Assembly: GCA_045106415.1 (NCBI GenBank)
Contig: JBGCEP010000010.1
Coordinates: 64,001 to 128,000 of the forward strand
Direction of reading: 5' to 3'
DNA length: 64,000 bases
Origin: Oligoflexales bacterium
Lineage (GTDB): Bacteria; Bdellovibrionota_B; Oligoflexia; Oligoflexales; Bog-1112
This document shows, one piece after another, positions 50,807 to 60,032 of this stretch (position 1 is its first letter; each line of letters opens with the position of its first letter). The position numbers and the translations under genes are program-made. A model generated the notes under the pieces. That model was not told where the DNA came from. It searched no databases and worked only from the letters and a program-made list of their open reading frames with translations.

Positions 50807-51760
50807 ATGCTCAATGGTATTGAAGACTTACAGGCAAATTGGAATGGGCAAATGATGCCTTTATCCCAAGTTAGAATTAGCCCATTAGACCGTGGTTGGT
50901 TATTCGGTGACGCAATGTATGAAGTCATTCGAGTGATTCATGGTAAACCATGGCTGGCTGAAGAACATATTGACCGCTTGTGCGTAGGTCTTCAAGATCT
51001 TCGTATTGTTGGAATAAGTAAAGAAGACCTTCAAACCCGCCTTGTCGACTTGATTGAAGGCGCCAAATGCCTGCATGGGTTTGTGTATATGCATGTGACT
51101 CGTGGAGTTGCTCCTCGTCGTCATTTACCATTTGAAGATATGGTTCCTAATTGTCTTTTGTATATCCAGAGTTTTGCTGATATCGATCCACTGGCTATGA
51201 AGCGCTCTCAAGGTCTCAGTATGATGACCACTGAGGACCCTCGTTGGAAACGGACAGATTTAAAAACAACGAATCTTCTTGGGAGTGTGATGGCTGGAAT
51301 GGACGCTGCACGCAGCGGTGTTGATGACGCTATTTTTATTAATGCAGATGGGTATGTCACTGAAACAACTCATTCAAATATCTTTTTTGTTCGGCATGGT
51401 CGAGTGATTACACCACCTTGTGATGGAATTCTTAATGGAGTGACACGGAGTTATGTGATTGAGCTCTTAGAGTCGAAAGGAATTCCTGTTCATGAAGAAA
51501 AAGTTTCAGAAACAGACCTTGAGCAGATGGATGAGATTTTTTTAACAGCAACCATGGCTGGTATTATGCCTGTTGTTGCTGTCAACGGACGCTCAATCCG
51601 CTCGGGACGACCAGGCTTGATGACGACCAGCTTGACAAACTGGCTGCTTAAGGAAAGAGCAGCTTTAAAAGATCCTTCTGGTGAAAAAAATACAGTTAAA
51701 GAGTCACAAAAAATGCCAAAGAAATCATGGCTCGTATCATCAAATCAAGATCACGTATAA
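50807..51760 (+). CDS. Class IV PLP aminotransferase (D-amino-acid transaminase-like)
   Basis: DRGWLFGDAMYEV, TRGVAPRRH, LKTTNLL, TE...SN.F, ILNGVTR. Confidence 0.9.
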   Translation: MLNGIEDLQANWNGQMMPLSQVRISPLDRGWLFGDAMYEVIRVIHGKPWLAEEHIDRLCVGLQDLRIVGISKEDLQTRLVDLIEGAKCLHGFVYMHVTRGVAPRRHLPFEDMVPNCLLYIQSFADIDPLAMKRSQGLSMMTTEDPRWKRTDLKTTNLLGSVMAGMDAARSGVDDAIFINADGYVTETTHSNIFFVRHGRVITPPCDGILNGVTRSYVIELLESKGIPVHEEKVSETDLEQMDEIFLTATMAGIMPVVAVNGRSIRSGRPGLMTTSLTNWLLKERAALKDPSGEKNTVKESQKMPKKSWLVSSNQDHV

Positions 51761-51778
51761 AAAGGTTAGAGAAAGCTT

Positions 51779-52465
51779 ATGTCTCAGGCTCTTGTGGTAT
51801 CGTTTGTTTGGTATTTTTGTTTTCTTATTTCTACAGTCGTGCACGAAGCTTCGCACAGTTTTGTTGCCCTCCTTGGAGGGGACCGGACTGCGTATGAAGG
51901 AGGCCAAGTGTCTCTGGATCCTTGGCCGCACATCCGAAGAGAACCTTTTGGCATGGTGATTCTTCCTATTCTCGCTGTTTTTTACATGGGGTGGCCTATT
52001 GGTTATGCTTCCGCTCCGTATCGTTTAGATTGGGCACACCGTTATCCAAAACGGGCAGCGCTGATGGCTCTTGCAGGGCCAATGGCAAACTTTTTATTAG
52101 CTCTATTCGCTTTTGCGCTTTTAAAGTGGGGGCTGTCTGCGGGCTGGTGGCAGTACCCGAGTCGTTCATTAAGATTAGATCGTTTAGTTGCTGGCCATGG
52201 TTTGTTAGGTAATTTTGGGATTTTTTGCAGTGTTTTTTTATCTTTAAATTTGCTGCTTGGAGTGTTTAATTTATTACCAGTTCCTCCTTTGGATGGCAGC
52301 ACAGCTTTAGGATTGTTTTTACCGACTCGAATGGCGCGAAAATATCATGATTTTTTGCAAATTCCCGGTCTAGCGATGATAGGGCTGTTTGTTGCTTGGA
52401 ACTTTTTCCATAATATATGGAATGCTGTGGTTTGGCCGGTGATTTTGTTGCTGTATACCTTATAA
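51779..52465 (+). CDS. Site-2 protease (M50) family
   Basis: HEASH, ALAGP.AN, FNLLPVPPLDG. Confidence 0.93.
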   Translation: MSQALVVSFVWYFCFLISTVVHEASHSFVALLGGDRTAYEGGQVSLDPWPHIRREPFGMVILPILAVFYMGWPIGYASAPYRLDWAHRYPKRAALMALAGPMANFLLALFAFALLKWGLSAGWWQYPSRSLRLDRLVAGHGLLGNFGIFCSVFLSLNLLLGVFNLLPVPPLDGSTALGLFLPTRMARKYHDFLQIPGLAMIGLFVAWNFFHNIWNAVVWPVILLLYTL

Positions 52466-52678
52466 TATGATGTTTTTGATTTGTTTAGTATAAAGCCTTA
52501 GTTCTTATCTCCTGTGTCATAATCAAAAATGATTTCGATGCATAAAAACCGAAGATTTTTAAGTTAAAAAGATATATTTATTTATATAAATTGAATGCGG
52601 TGCTGGTCTCACACAGAAAGATCATTTTTTTGTATGGAGGCAGGTCCGTCTTTTGGTTTTATACAGAAGGGTTCTTTT

Positions 52679-53659
52679 ATGAAAATATGTGCTTGTAGTG
52701 TATTGACGATTGTTTTGACAGGCTGTTTACCAAAAGATTCAAAAGTGACTGCGTTTGAACAGCCGGAGTCTATAAAAGGAACTTACTCTGATCATGCATG
52801 GGAGTTTTCACTTCCTGCTTTAGATGCTGATATTGGAGCTTATGAACCCAATGATAGTTTTCAAATAAGCCCTTTTGTGAGTTCTAGTCAAGACCATGTA
52901 AAAATTCAATGCCTTCTTAAATCGGAATCACAGCAAAAAAACAAATGGTTTTTTAATTTTTTTGCTTATGAAAAAGATCAGATCATTTTTTATAAAAGCT
53001 ATGCTTTACAAAATTGTCGATCTTTAAAAGTTAAACTATCTGATGATTTTTCTTTTGACCATATTGGATTTAAAGTGTCGTGGAATGAGGGTCGGCAAAA
53101 TTATGTTGTCTACCAAGGTCAATCTCATAGCCTTACTGATACTGTCTTATCACGTGTTCTTTTGGATAAAAAGATGGAGAGGCATATGTCACAAGTTATA
53201 TGCCATGATGAAGGCTTTTATTATGGGAAGCAGTGTCAGAGTCAATGGTTCTCATTAAAAGTGAGGCGGACGCAGCTGTGCTTATGGAAAAATTTGAATA
53301 AAATGAAAACATCACTTATACAAGATTCTTGTGGCGATGAGTCTGCACAATTTCAGTTGAGAAGACGGCAGCAAGAAGGGTATACGCTGCAGGAACGTTC
53401 GAGTTATCAGTGTTTAACTCGTTCTGATCAAGGCTGGGAGTTTAAGCCTTGTTATGTTTTCACAAAAGAAATCAATTCAGATCTAGCAAGAAAACAGCTC
53501 TTTTTAGTGAATGAAGTTCCAGGAAATGGGTTGCAACTGGAGCTCTTAGGAGAAAGAAAACAGTGTGTAGGATTGTCTTCTGGTGTGACAGAAAATGGAG
53601 CTGAAATACAGAAGGTCACGTGTATCAAGGACCTTGGTCAGTGGTTTGATATTTTATAG
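52679..53659 (+). CDS. Lipoprotein with C-terminal ricin-B-lectin-like domain
   Basis: Lipobox LTGC; C-terminal Cys-spaced QxF/QW repeats (SYQCL, KQCVG..NGAEIQ..C...GQWF). Confidence 0.6.
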   Translation: MKICACSVLTIVLTGCLPKDSKVTAFEQPESIKGTYSDHAWEFSLPALDADIGAYEPNDSFQISPFVSSSQDHVKIQCLLKSESQQKNKWFFNFFAYEKDQIIFYKSYALQNCRSLKVKLSDDFSFDHIGFKVSWNEGRQNYVVYQGQSHSLTDTVLSRVLLDKKMERHMSQVICHDEGFYYGKQCQSQWFSLKVRRTQLCLWKNLNKMKTSLIQDSCGDESAQFQLRRRQQEGYTLQERSSYQCLTRSDQGWEFKPCYVFTKEINSDLARKQLFLVNEVPGNGLQLELLGERKQCVGLSSGVTENGAEIQKVTCIKDLGQWFDIL

Positions 53660-53663
53660 AGAA

Positions 53664-54422
53664 TTATTCAGGTTCTTCTTTTTCTCCGAGATAAGAACTT
53701 AGTTTTGCACGAATGACTTTTGGATTTTCCCCTGCGATAATTCCTCTTGAGCCAATTTTAATCATTTCAAGCCCAGTTCTCTCCATTGTAGAGTTAAATT
53801 TGAGTTTTGAAGAAAGAGGAATGAAAATTAAGGTTGAAAAAAGTGAACCATAAAGTGTGGTTACAAGTGCTACCGCGAGTCCAGGGCCAATTTTAGAAGG
53901 GTCTGAAAGGTTAGCCATAATAACAATCAGCCCCACAACAGTACCAATCATACCAAAGGCGGGACAGGACTCACCAAGGAAGTCTAATACGTCATGAGCA
54001 TGTTTATGCCGCCTTTTTAAATTAAGCATTTCTGTACTTAAAATTCCTTCAATAGTATCAGCATCGTATCCGTCAACCATGCTTCGAACGGCTTTATTCA
54101 GATAAGGATGATTGACGGTGTGTTTTTCAAGGCTAAGAATGGAACCTTTTCTAGCAACTGTAGCGCACTCAATGATTTCGTCGACCATTTCAGCATATGA
54201 TGCAACGCTGGACTTAAAACAGATAGGGATTGCTTTGAGACCTGCCATAAAACAAGGGATATTCAAACGCATCATGGTTGCAAAAAGACTTCCTCCCATT
54301 ACAATGACAAGACTGAGAAGATCCCAATACATTCCAAGGCCTAACTCAGCAGAAGAAACAACCATACATCCGACAACAACAGCACTCCCACAAATTAATC
54401 CCAGAATTGTTGCTAAATCCAT
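53664..54422 (-). CDS. motA: Flagellar stator subunit MotA/PomA
   Basis: MDLATILG, IVMGGS, GILSLE-like, PAFGMIGTVVGLI, AVALVTTLYG, GENP; ATG overlaps the upstream TAA. Confidence 0.93.
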   Translation of the reverse strand: MDLATILGLICGSAVVVGCMVVSSAELGLGMYWDLLSLVIVMGGSLFATMMRLNIPCFMAGLKAIPICFKSSVASYAEMVDEIIECATVARKGSILSLEKHTVNHPYLNKAVRSMVDGYDADTIEGILSTEMLNLKRRHKHAHDVLDFLGESCPAFGMIGTVVGLIVIMANLSDPSKIGPGLAVALVTTLYGSLFSTLIFIPLSSKLKFNSTMERTGLEMIKIGSRGIIAGENPKVIRAKLSSYLGEKEEPE

Positions 54423-54733
54423 TAGGTTTCTCCTTCGCATATTTTATAACTGAGAACTTTTCGTGGAAACACCGAATGATCAATTTCAAGTGTGGAATAT
54501 CGGATTTTTTTCTGGAAAACATCGACTGATTTTTGGTATTCCATTTCTAGGTAACATTTTTGTTTGCCGATTTTATAATTACGGACACAAAGACTGACAA
54601 ACCCTTCATGAGCGATCTCGACATGATTGACATCAGGTTCTAAATACCATTCGCACTCTTTGAGACGTTGAGGGTCACACCCTAAAGTGAACAGTGTAAA
54701 GCAAAAGGTAATGATGTTACGGTTTGTAATCAA
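54422..54733 (-). CDS. Cys-rich lipoprotein embedded in the stator operon
   Basis: Lipobox TLGC; four more Cys; overlaps both neighbours. Confidence 0.7.
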   Translation of the reverse strand: MITNRNIITFCFTLFTLGCDPQRLKECEWYLEPDVNHVEIAHEGFVSLCVRNYKIGKQKCYLEMEYQKSVDVFQKKIRYSTLEIDHSVFPRKVLSYKICEGET

Positions 54734-55490
54734 TTTTGATATCCACTCGGCGATTTTTTTTGCGCCCTTCTATTGTCTCATTAGAGAACGCTGGATCTGA
54801 AGCGCCAAATCCGGCAATTTTGACCTTATCTGGTGCAAAGTTCTGATAATCTAAGAAATATCGAGCGATATAGCTTGCTCTCAAGGAAGAAAGTTCTAGA
54901 TTTGAAAATCCGCTTCTAGGAATAATATGATCTGTATGACCTGTGATGATGATGTGCCGATTGAGTGATGATAAGACTTCAATAAGAGGTTTTAATTTTT
55001 TATATGAACTTAATGTTAAACGATATTTTCCCGGCTTATAAAAACCTGAAGATGTCAGTCGAACTGTGATGCTGGTCTTGTTTTTTAATAATGAAATAGA
55101 TTTTCCAATGTTTTTTTGATGCTGATCAATTTTCCCGCTTTCAAGAGTTGCAATTGATTGTTTTATCAAATCAAAGTCTCGATTTAATATATTGATGTTA
55201 AAAATATTTTTATTACTTGTTTCGATTTTCTTTTTTGGAATTTTTTTACCTTTCCAAAACTTGAAAACAGCTTTTCCATTAGGTAAAGGGCCCTTTTGAG
55301 GCTCATTGATAGAGTCTGGTACTTCCATAAAAGCTTCGCGTATTGAAGAGGCAACTCCTAACATAGTAAGAGTTTCTCCTTCGGGTTTGATACCGTAAAG
55401 AACCACAAATGTCGCAAAAAGAAGAGTCATTAAGTCAGCATAACTCACCAGCCAACCAGCTCCTCCACCGCCTTCATCATCGTCTTCGAT
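54717..55490 (-). CDS. motB: Flagellar stator subunit MotB paralogue 2 (proposed ATC start at 55490)
   Basis: WLVSYADLMTLLFATFVVLY TM; GHTD, NLELSSLRA, NRRVDI OmpA-like domain; GAGGT RBS 5 nt before ATC; in-frame stop just upstream. Confidence 0.88.
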   Translation of the reverse strand: MEDDDEGGGGAGWLVSYADLMTLLFATFVVLYGIKPEGETLTMLGVASSIREAFMEVPDSINEPQKGPLPNGKAVFKFWKGKKIPKKKIETSNKNIFNINILNRDFDLIKQSIATLESGKIDQHQKNIGKSISLLKNKTSITVRLTSSGFYKPGKYRLTLSSYKKLKPLIEVLSSLNRHIIITGHTDHIIPRSGFSNLELSSLRASYIARYFLDYQNFAPDKVKIAGFGASDPAFSNETIEGRKKNRRVDIKIDYKP

Positions 55491-55501
55491 AGTAAACCTC
55501 G

Positions 55502-56287
55502 TTAGTTATCCGCGTAGTTGATAAATATTTCAACTCTACGATTGAGTTGACGACCGTATGGTTGATCTTGTCGTGCAATGGGTTTTCTGTCTGCGTAGCC
55601 AGAGATGCTAAGAAGCTTAGCGTCTGCTTGTAGGTTTTTTATAAGATATGCTGAAACAGAGTTTGCACGTTGTGTTGAAACAACCCATTTTGAAATACCT
55701 TTCTTTTCTGGAACGTCATCAGTATGCCCTTCAATATGAAGAGGCTGTTGAAGATCGACAAGGTTTTGTAACAAAGGTTTTAATGACTTTAGATCTGATT
55801 GATTGGCTTTGGATTGCCCTTTTTGGAAGTATAAAGAAGAAAGAAAATTGAGCCGGATTGATGATTCATTTTTTTCAATCGCAACGACATCATGGTTTTT
55901 AACATTTCCTTTTCTAGGCTTTTTGACACTGAGCATTTCTACAAGGTTCCTTAAGTGTGCATAATCTTTTTCTATTTTGCTTTTTGAGAAATGAGTTTCC
56001 AGTGCTTGTCTTTTACTGACAGGCTCATGAGCAATGTTGCCTTTCCAAAACCTAAAAATATCAATTCCTTTTGTGAGTTCGCCTTTTTTTTCAACCAAAG
56101 GAATATCTTCAGGAACTTCAACAAAACTTTCTTGAATTCTAGATTTGACTCCTTGGAAAGCTGATGTTTTCCCTTCAGGTTTTAAGCCATAGAGGACTAC
56201 AAATGTTGCAAACAAAAGGGTCATTAAGTCAGCGTAACTTACGAGCCAACCACCACCTTCGCCGCCTTCATCATCATCATCTTCGAT
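55502..56287 (-). CDS. motB: Flagellar stator subunit MotB paralogue 1 (proposed ATC start at 56287)
   Basis: WLVSYADLMTLLFATFVVLY TM lies partly upstream of the ATG at 56224; GHTDD, STQRA, NRRVEI; AAGGAG RBS 8 nt before ATC. Confidence 0.88.
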   Translation of the reverse strand: MEDDDDEGGEGGGWLVSYADLMTLLFATFVVLYGLKPEGKTSAFQGVKSRIQESFVEVPEDIPLVEKKGELTKGIDIFRFWKGNIAHEPVSKRQALETHFSKSKIEKDYAHLRNLVEMLSVKKPRKGNVKNHDVVAIEKNESSIRLNFLSSLYFQKGQSKANQSDLKSLKPLLQNLVDLQQPLHIEGHTDDVPEKKGISKWVVSTQRANSVSAYLIKNLQADAKLLSISGYADRKPIARQDQPYGRQLNRRVEIFINYADN

Positions 56288-56457
56288 AAGGGTCTCTCCT
56301 TTTTTGGATATGCGAGATCATATTATCACGCACATTTTAAAAAAAAGTCTGGTGAAGCAGGCTGTTTTTTTCCTCTCTCACCTTATTCAGAATTTTTGAT
56401 GAGATTCGACGATGTTATAGAATTTTTGTACCATAGGGAGGACTGTAGGAGGTGATC

Positions 56458-57702
56458 ATGACAGATGAAGCAATGAAAAAATTAACAGGGCATATTTTAC
56501 TTGCACTTTTGTTAGGTGTTGGGTGTGGGGGCCTGCTTCAACTGCTTCCTCAAGGCTTTGTTGGTCTGGCATTTATCGAAGCCTGTCTTATTATTGTTGC
56601 GAATTCTTTTATTTCAGCTTTAAAAATGATTGTTGTTCCTATGGTCTTTTTTTCTATTGTTTCAGGGGTTGCAAGTTTAGAGGGGACACAAACTTTAGGG
56701 CGTATGGGATGGAAAACTTTTATTTTATATACTCTTACAACTGTGATTGCGATCAGTATGGCTTTAGGCATAGCAAAAGTTAGTGGGATTGGAATCGGTC
56801 TCAAGATGGTTCATCTTGCTGAGCCATCTTTGGCAACTCCTCCAGGGGTTGTGGAAGTTTTAAGTCAGATGATTCCATCGAATCCTATTCAAGCGGCTGC
56901 AAATGGAAGGATGCTCCAGCTCATTGTGTTTTCTCTTTTTCTTGGGACAGCGATTTCAGCGTCAGGGGCTCCAGGACGAAGAATTGCAAAAAATATGGAT
57001 GATTTTTTATCCGTGATGATGAAGTTGATTAATTTAATTTTTTATTTTGCACCTTACGGTGTTTTTGCTTTAGTTACACGGGCATTTTATCAAGTTGGTT
57101 TCGGTGTTTTGAGCTCGCTTATGAGTTATTGTCTTGTTGTTTTTGTTGTTCTAGTGTTGCAAGCTCTTTTCACATATACGTCTTTATTATGGTGTGTCGG
57201 ATTAAATCCTTTGCTATTTTTTAAAAAGATGAAGCCTGTTGGGCTTTTTGCTATGAGCACAGCAAGCTCAAACGCCACACTCCCTATGACTATGGAGGCA
57301 GTGACTCATGACCTAGGAGTGGAACCCTCTGTTGCTTCTTTTACGTTGCCTTTGGGTGCAACGATGAATATGGATGGTACAGCAATTATGCAAGGTGTGG
57401 CCACGGTGTTTCTCGCACATGCCTACGGCATTGATTTAAGTTTGATGGATTATGTCAATGTGATTATGATGGCGACACTGGCTTCTATCGGAACAGCAGC
57501 TGTGCCAGGGGTTGGTCTCGTGACGCTGGCTATGGTTTTAAAACAAGTTGGTATCCCAGCAGAGGGGATTGGGATGATCTTAGGGGTTGATCGCCTTTTA
57601 GATATGTTGCGGACAGCTCTCAATGTCTGTGGTGACGCTGTTGTAAGCTGTGTGATTGCAAAAAGTGAATTCAAAATGAACACAGATTGCTATCACTCAT
57701 AA
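56458..57702 (+). CDS. Dicarboxylate/amino acid:cation symporter (DAACS, GltP/DctA family)
   Basis: LKMIVVP.VF.S, IPSNP, STASSNATLP, PLGATMNMDG, VDR.LDM.RT..NV.GD. Confidence 0.95.
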   Translation: MTDEAMKKLTGHILLALLLGVGCGGLLQLLPQGFVGLAFIEACLIIVANSFISALKMIVVPMVFFSIVSGVASLEGTQTLGRMGWKTFILYTLTTVIAISMALGIAKVSGIGIGLKMVHLAEPSLATPPGVVEVLSQMIPSNPIQAAANGRMLQLIVFSLFLGTAISASGAPGRRIAKNMDDFLSVMMKLINLIFYFAPYGVFALVTRAFYQVGFGVLSSLMSYCLVVFVVLVLQALFTYTSLLWCVGLNPLLFFKKMKPVGLFAMSTASSNATLPMTMEAVTHDLGVEPSVASFTLPLGATMNMDGTAIMQGVATVFLAHAYGIDLSLMDYVNVIMMATLASIGTAAVPGVGLVTLAMVLKQVGIPAEGIGMILGVDRLLDMLRTALNVCGDAVVSCVIAKSEFKMNTDCYHS

Positions 57703-57731
57703 AGAAAAACTGTAAGGTGTGGGGATAAAAT

Positions 57732-58547
57732 ATGCCGTTTTTATTAAGAGCTTTGTTTTTTACTCGAAGAGCTCTTGCTGTTCTCATGTGGGCATACGGT
57801 ATGATGCGAGTAAAGGGTTGGTTTCCTTGGCTTTTGTTGACTGTCTTGGCACTGTATTTTGTATCTAAAGTTCATGAGAGTCGAGCAAAAAACATCTTTG
57901 CAAGTGCTGTGTTTAGTGTTTCTTTTGTGTTTATTATTATTGCATCACGATCTGTGCAAGAACCTTTACCGCTTGACGTTGTTGCCAAAAACTGGATTCA
58001 AGCTTGTGAAGTGCAACGGCAAAATCCTATCATTCAAAGCTTGCAAAAATTTTCAGGTAAAGAAACATGCGAAGATATTTGGTTTGCTGTGAAAAAAAGC
58101 AGCCGTCTGTATTTGCAAAGCTCTTCTTTAGAGTCCATTGAGCTGTTGTCTGCTTTTAATCACATAAGAGTTTTAGATCTTTCTGATAATAACATTAAGA
58201 ACCTCGAAGTTCTTCAGAGTTTTCAATCTTTGCAAGAGCTAAATGTAAGTAGGAACCCTGTCCAAAAGGTAAAAAGCTTGCCTGTTAGTTTGATTGATTT
58301 AAATATTGCTTCTACTCATTTTGAAGACGCCGATAGTTTAGTTCATATTGTGAAAATACGATCTCTAGATATCTCTTATACAAAGGTGAGTGACCTTTCT
58401 CCTCTCAAAAATCTTCAGCATTTAAACAGGCTCCGTATGGAAGGTTTACAACTCTTTGAGGGTGAAAAGTTTAATGAAGCGCTATGCCCTTTAAATCAAG
58501 GCATTCTTGGGTTTCAATGTAAACTTATCATGGAATCGATTAGGTAA
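57732..58547 (+). CDS. Membrane-anchored leucine-rich-repeat protein
   Basis: N-terminal TM segments; LDLSDNNIKNLE, LNVSRNPV, LDISYTKVSDLSPL repeats. Confidence 0.8.
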   Translation: MPFLLRALFFTRRALAVLMWAYGMMRVKGWFPWLLLTVLALYFVSKVHESRAKNIFASAVFSVSFVFIIIASRSVQEPLPLDVVAKNWIQACEVQRQNPIIQSLQKFSGKETCEDIWFAVKKSSRLYLQSSSLESIELLSAFNHIRVLDLSDNNIKNLEVLQSFQSLQELNVSRNPVQKVKSLPVSLIDLNIASTHFEDADSLVHIVKIRSLDISYTKVSDLSPLKNLQHLNRLRMEGLQLFEGEKFNEALCPLNQGILGFQCKLIMESIR

Positions 58548-58719
58548 AATTTGCATTTGATTTCTTTTTTGAAAAAAACATAAAAAATCAACAAAAAAAT
58601 CATGGAACATAGATGTTATCTTTTTTTAAGATGAGCCTCTGTTTCGTTTTTCTATGAAATCAGGTGATAATATCATGTGTGTCAATCATCTATGGCCTTA
58701 ATGGCAGGAGGAGTTGTCC

Positions 58720-59640
58720 GTGGGCTTAAGGATAAAAACCAATATTGCTTCTTTGAATGCTCGTCGTAATTTGAATTCATCTACGAATACTCAAAGACGT
58801 GCGATGGAAAAACTATCTTCAGGTCAGCGTATTAATCGCGCAGCTGATGATGCAGCAGGACTTGCTGTCTCTGAAAATATGCGTGCAGATATTCGCTCTC
58901 TTGAGATGGCTCGCAGAAATACATCAGACGGTGTTTCTCTTGTTCAAACAGCAGAAGGAAGCTTGGTTGAAACGACCAATATTCTTGTGCGTTTGAGAGA
59001 ACTGGCTGTTCAATCAGCGTCCGATACAATTGGTGATAAAGAAAGAGAATTTCTTGATAAAGAATTTCTACAGCTCAAAGACGAAGTTGACCGAATTGCA
59101 CGTTCGACGGATTTTAATGGAACGCGGCTTCTTCTCGGGGGTTCAGATCGTCCTGATGATTATGGTTCAGGTGGGAATAGCAATCCATTAGAAATACAAG
59201 TGAGTAAAGATTTTTATGAAGATTCAGATGCTATTGATGTTCGCAACCCAGTCAATATCATTAAGGTTTCCTTTGCGAACTTAAATAGTACAACAACAGG
59301 TGAAGGTTCTTTAGATATCGGCGAGCATGAAGATGGGGCTCGTGTTCATAGAAAAGAAGATGCACAACACAGTATTATGAAGCTTGATAAAGCACTTTAT
59401 AAAGTAAATGACTACCGATCTTATTTAGGATCTGTTCAAAACCGCCTGACATCCACGATTAGAAATTTAGGTGTCCAGGTGGAAAATCTTGAGGAATCGA
59501 GGAGCCGTATTCGCGATGCAGATTTTGCAGCTATTACGGCTGAGATGACGCAAGCAAATATTCTTCAACAAGCAGGTGTTTCTGTTCTATCGAATGCAAA
59601 TAACCAACCACAAATCGCACTTTCATTATTAGGTGGTTAA
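58720..59640 (+). CDS. fliC: Flagellin
   Basis: (M)GLRIKTN, KLSSG.RINRAADDAAGLA, QTAEG.L.E, QNRL, SRIRDADFA, QAG.SVL..AN..PQ.ALSLLG; GTG 58720. Confidence 0.97.
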   Translation: MGLRIKTNIASLNARRNLNSSTNTQRRAMEKLSSGQRINRAADDAAGLAVSENMRADIRSLEMARRNTSDGVSLVQTAEGSLVETTNILVRLRELAVQSASDTIGDKEREFLDKEFLQLKDEVDRIARSTDFNGTRLLLGGSDRPDDYGSGGNSNPLEIQVSKDFYEDSDAIDVRNPVNIIKVSFANLNSTTTGEGSLDIGEHEDGARVHRKEDAQHSIMKLDKALYKVNDYRSYLGSVQNRLTSTIRNLGVQVENLEESRSRIRDADFAAITAEMTQANILQQAGVSVLSNANNQPQIALSLLGG

Positions 59641-59667
59641 AAAAATCTTTTTTAACTATCTGACATT

Positions 59668-59706
59668 ACGGCCGTAGGTGTTTATAATCCGCAGCGGCTG
59701 TTTTTT
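59668..59706 (+). terminator. Possible flagellin terminator
   Basis: ACGGCCGT...GCGGCTGT stem with G-U pairs, long loop, T-run. Confidence 0.4.
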
Positions 59707-59849
59707 CATATGTAGATAGGTGGCTGTACTTTTTCTTATGGAAATGAAACGGTTTCATTTTGAGTAACGTTCATGTTGTCGATTTCTACAAGTGTTTTTT
59801 AATATAGATACTCTAATATTCTGTTTTTGAAGAAAAAACTATCAACGGC

Positions 59850-59876
59850 TTAAGTTTTTGACTGAATCGCCGATAA
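59850..59876 (+). promoter_or_regulatory. Sigma-28 (FliA) promoter
   Basis: TTAAGTTT-N11-GCCGATAA versus consensus TAAAGTTT-N11-GCCGATAA. Confidence 0.8.
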
Positions 59877-59918
59877 GTATAATATCGGAAGTTTGAATTC
59901 ATAATGATAGAGGTATTT

Positions 59919-60032
59919 ATGAAAGTATCACGTACAAGTCGAGAAATTACAGAAGATTCAGGTTTTATTCTCATGAATGTTTTATTAGCCGTTTTTGCGC
60001 TTGGAATGACACTTACAGCTTTATCAATCTAG
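59919..60032 (+). CDS. 37-aa prepilin-like microprotein (or truncated pilin/pseudopilin remnant)
   Basis: GAGGT RBS; MKVSRTSREITEDSG|FILMNVLLAVFALGMTLTALSI*; class III signal-like G|F-x-L followed by a hydrophobic helix. Confidence 0.6.
   Translation: MKVSRTSREITEDSGFILMNVLLAVFALGMTLTALSI

Noticed and set aside
53664..56287. MotA/MotB pair as a Zorya (ZorAB) defence system or ExbBD/TolQR
   Set aside because: MotA is normal length with PomA/MotA motifs and no long ZorA tail; no zorC/D/E; MotBs have OmpA-like domains; flagellar and chemotaxis context
58690..58710. Sigma-54 promoter before flagellin (TGGC...GGCA)
   Set aside because: GG-to-GC spacing is 8 nt rather than the required 10, and it abuts the RBS
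59641..59850. Riboswitch or sRNA downstream of flagellin
   Set aside because: Only a weak hairpin; no recognisable c-di-GMP or other aptamer consensus by eye; an Infernal/Rfam search would be needed
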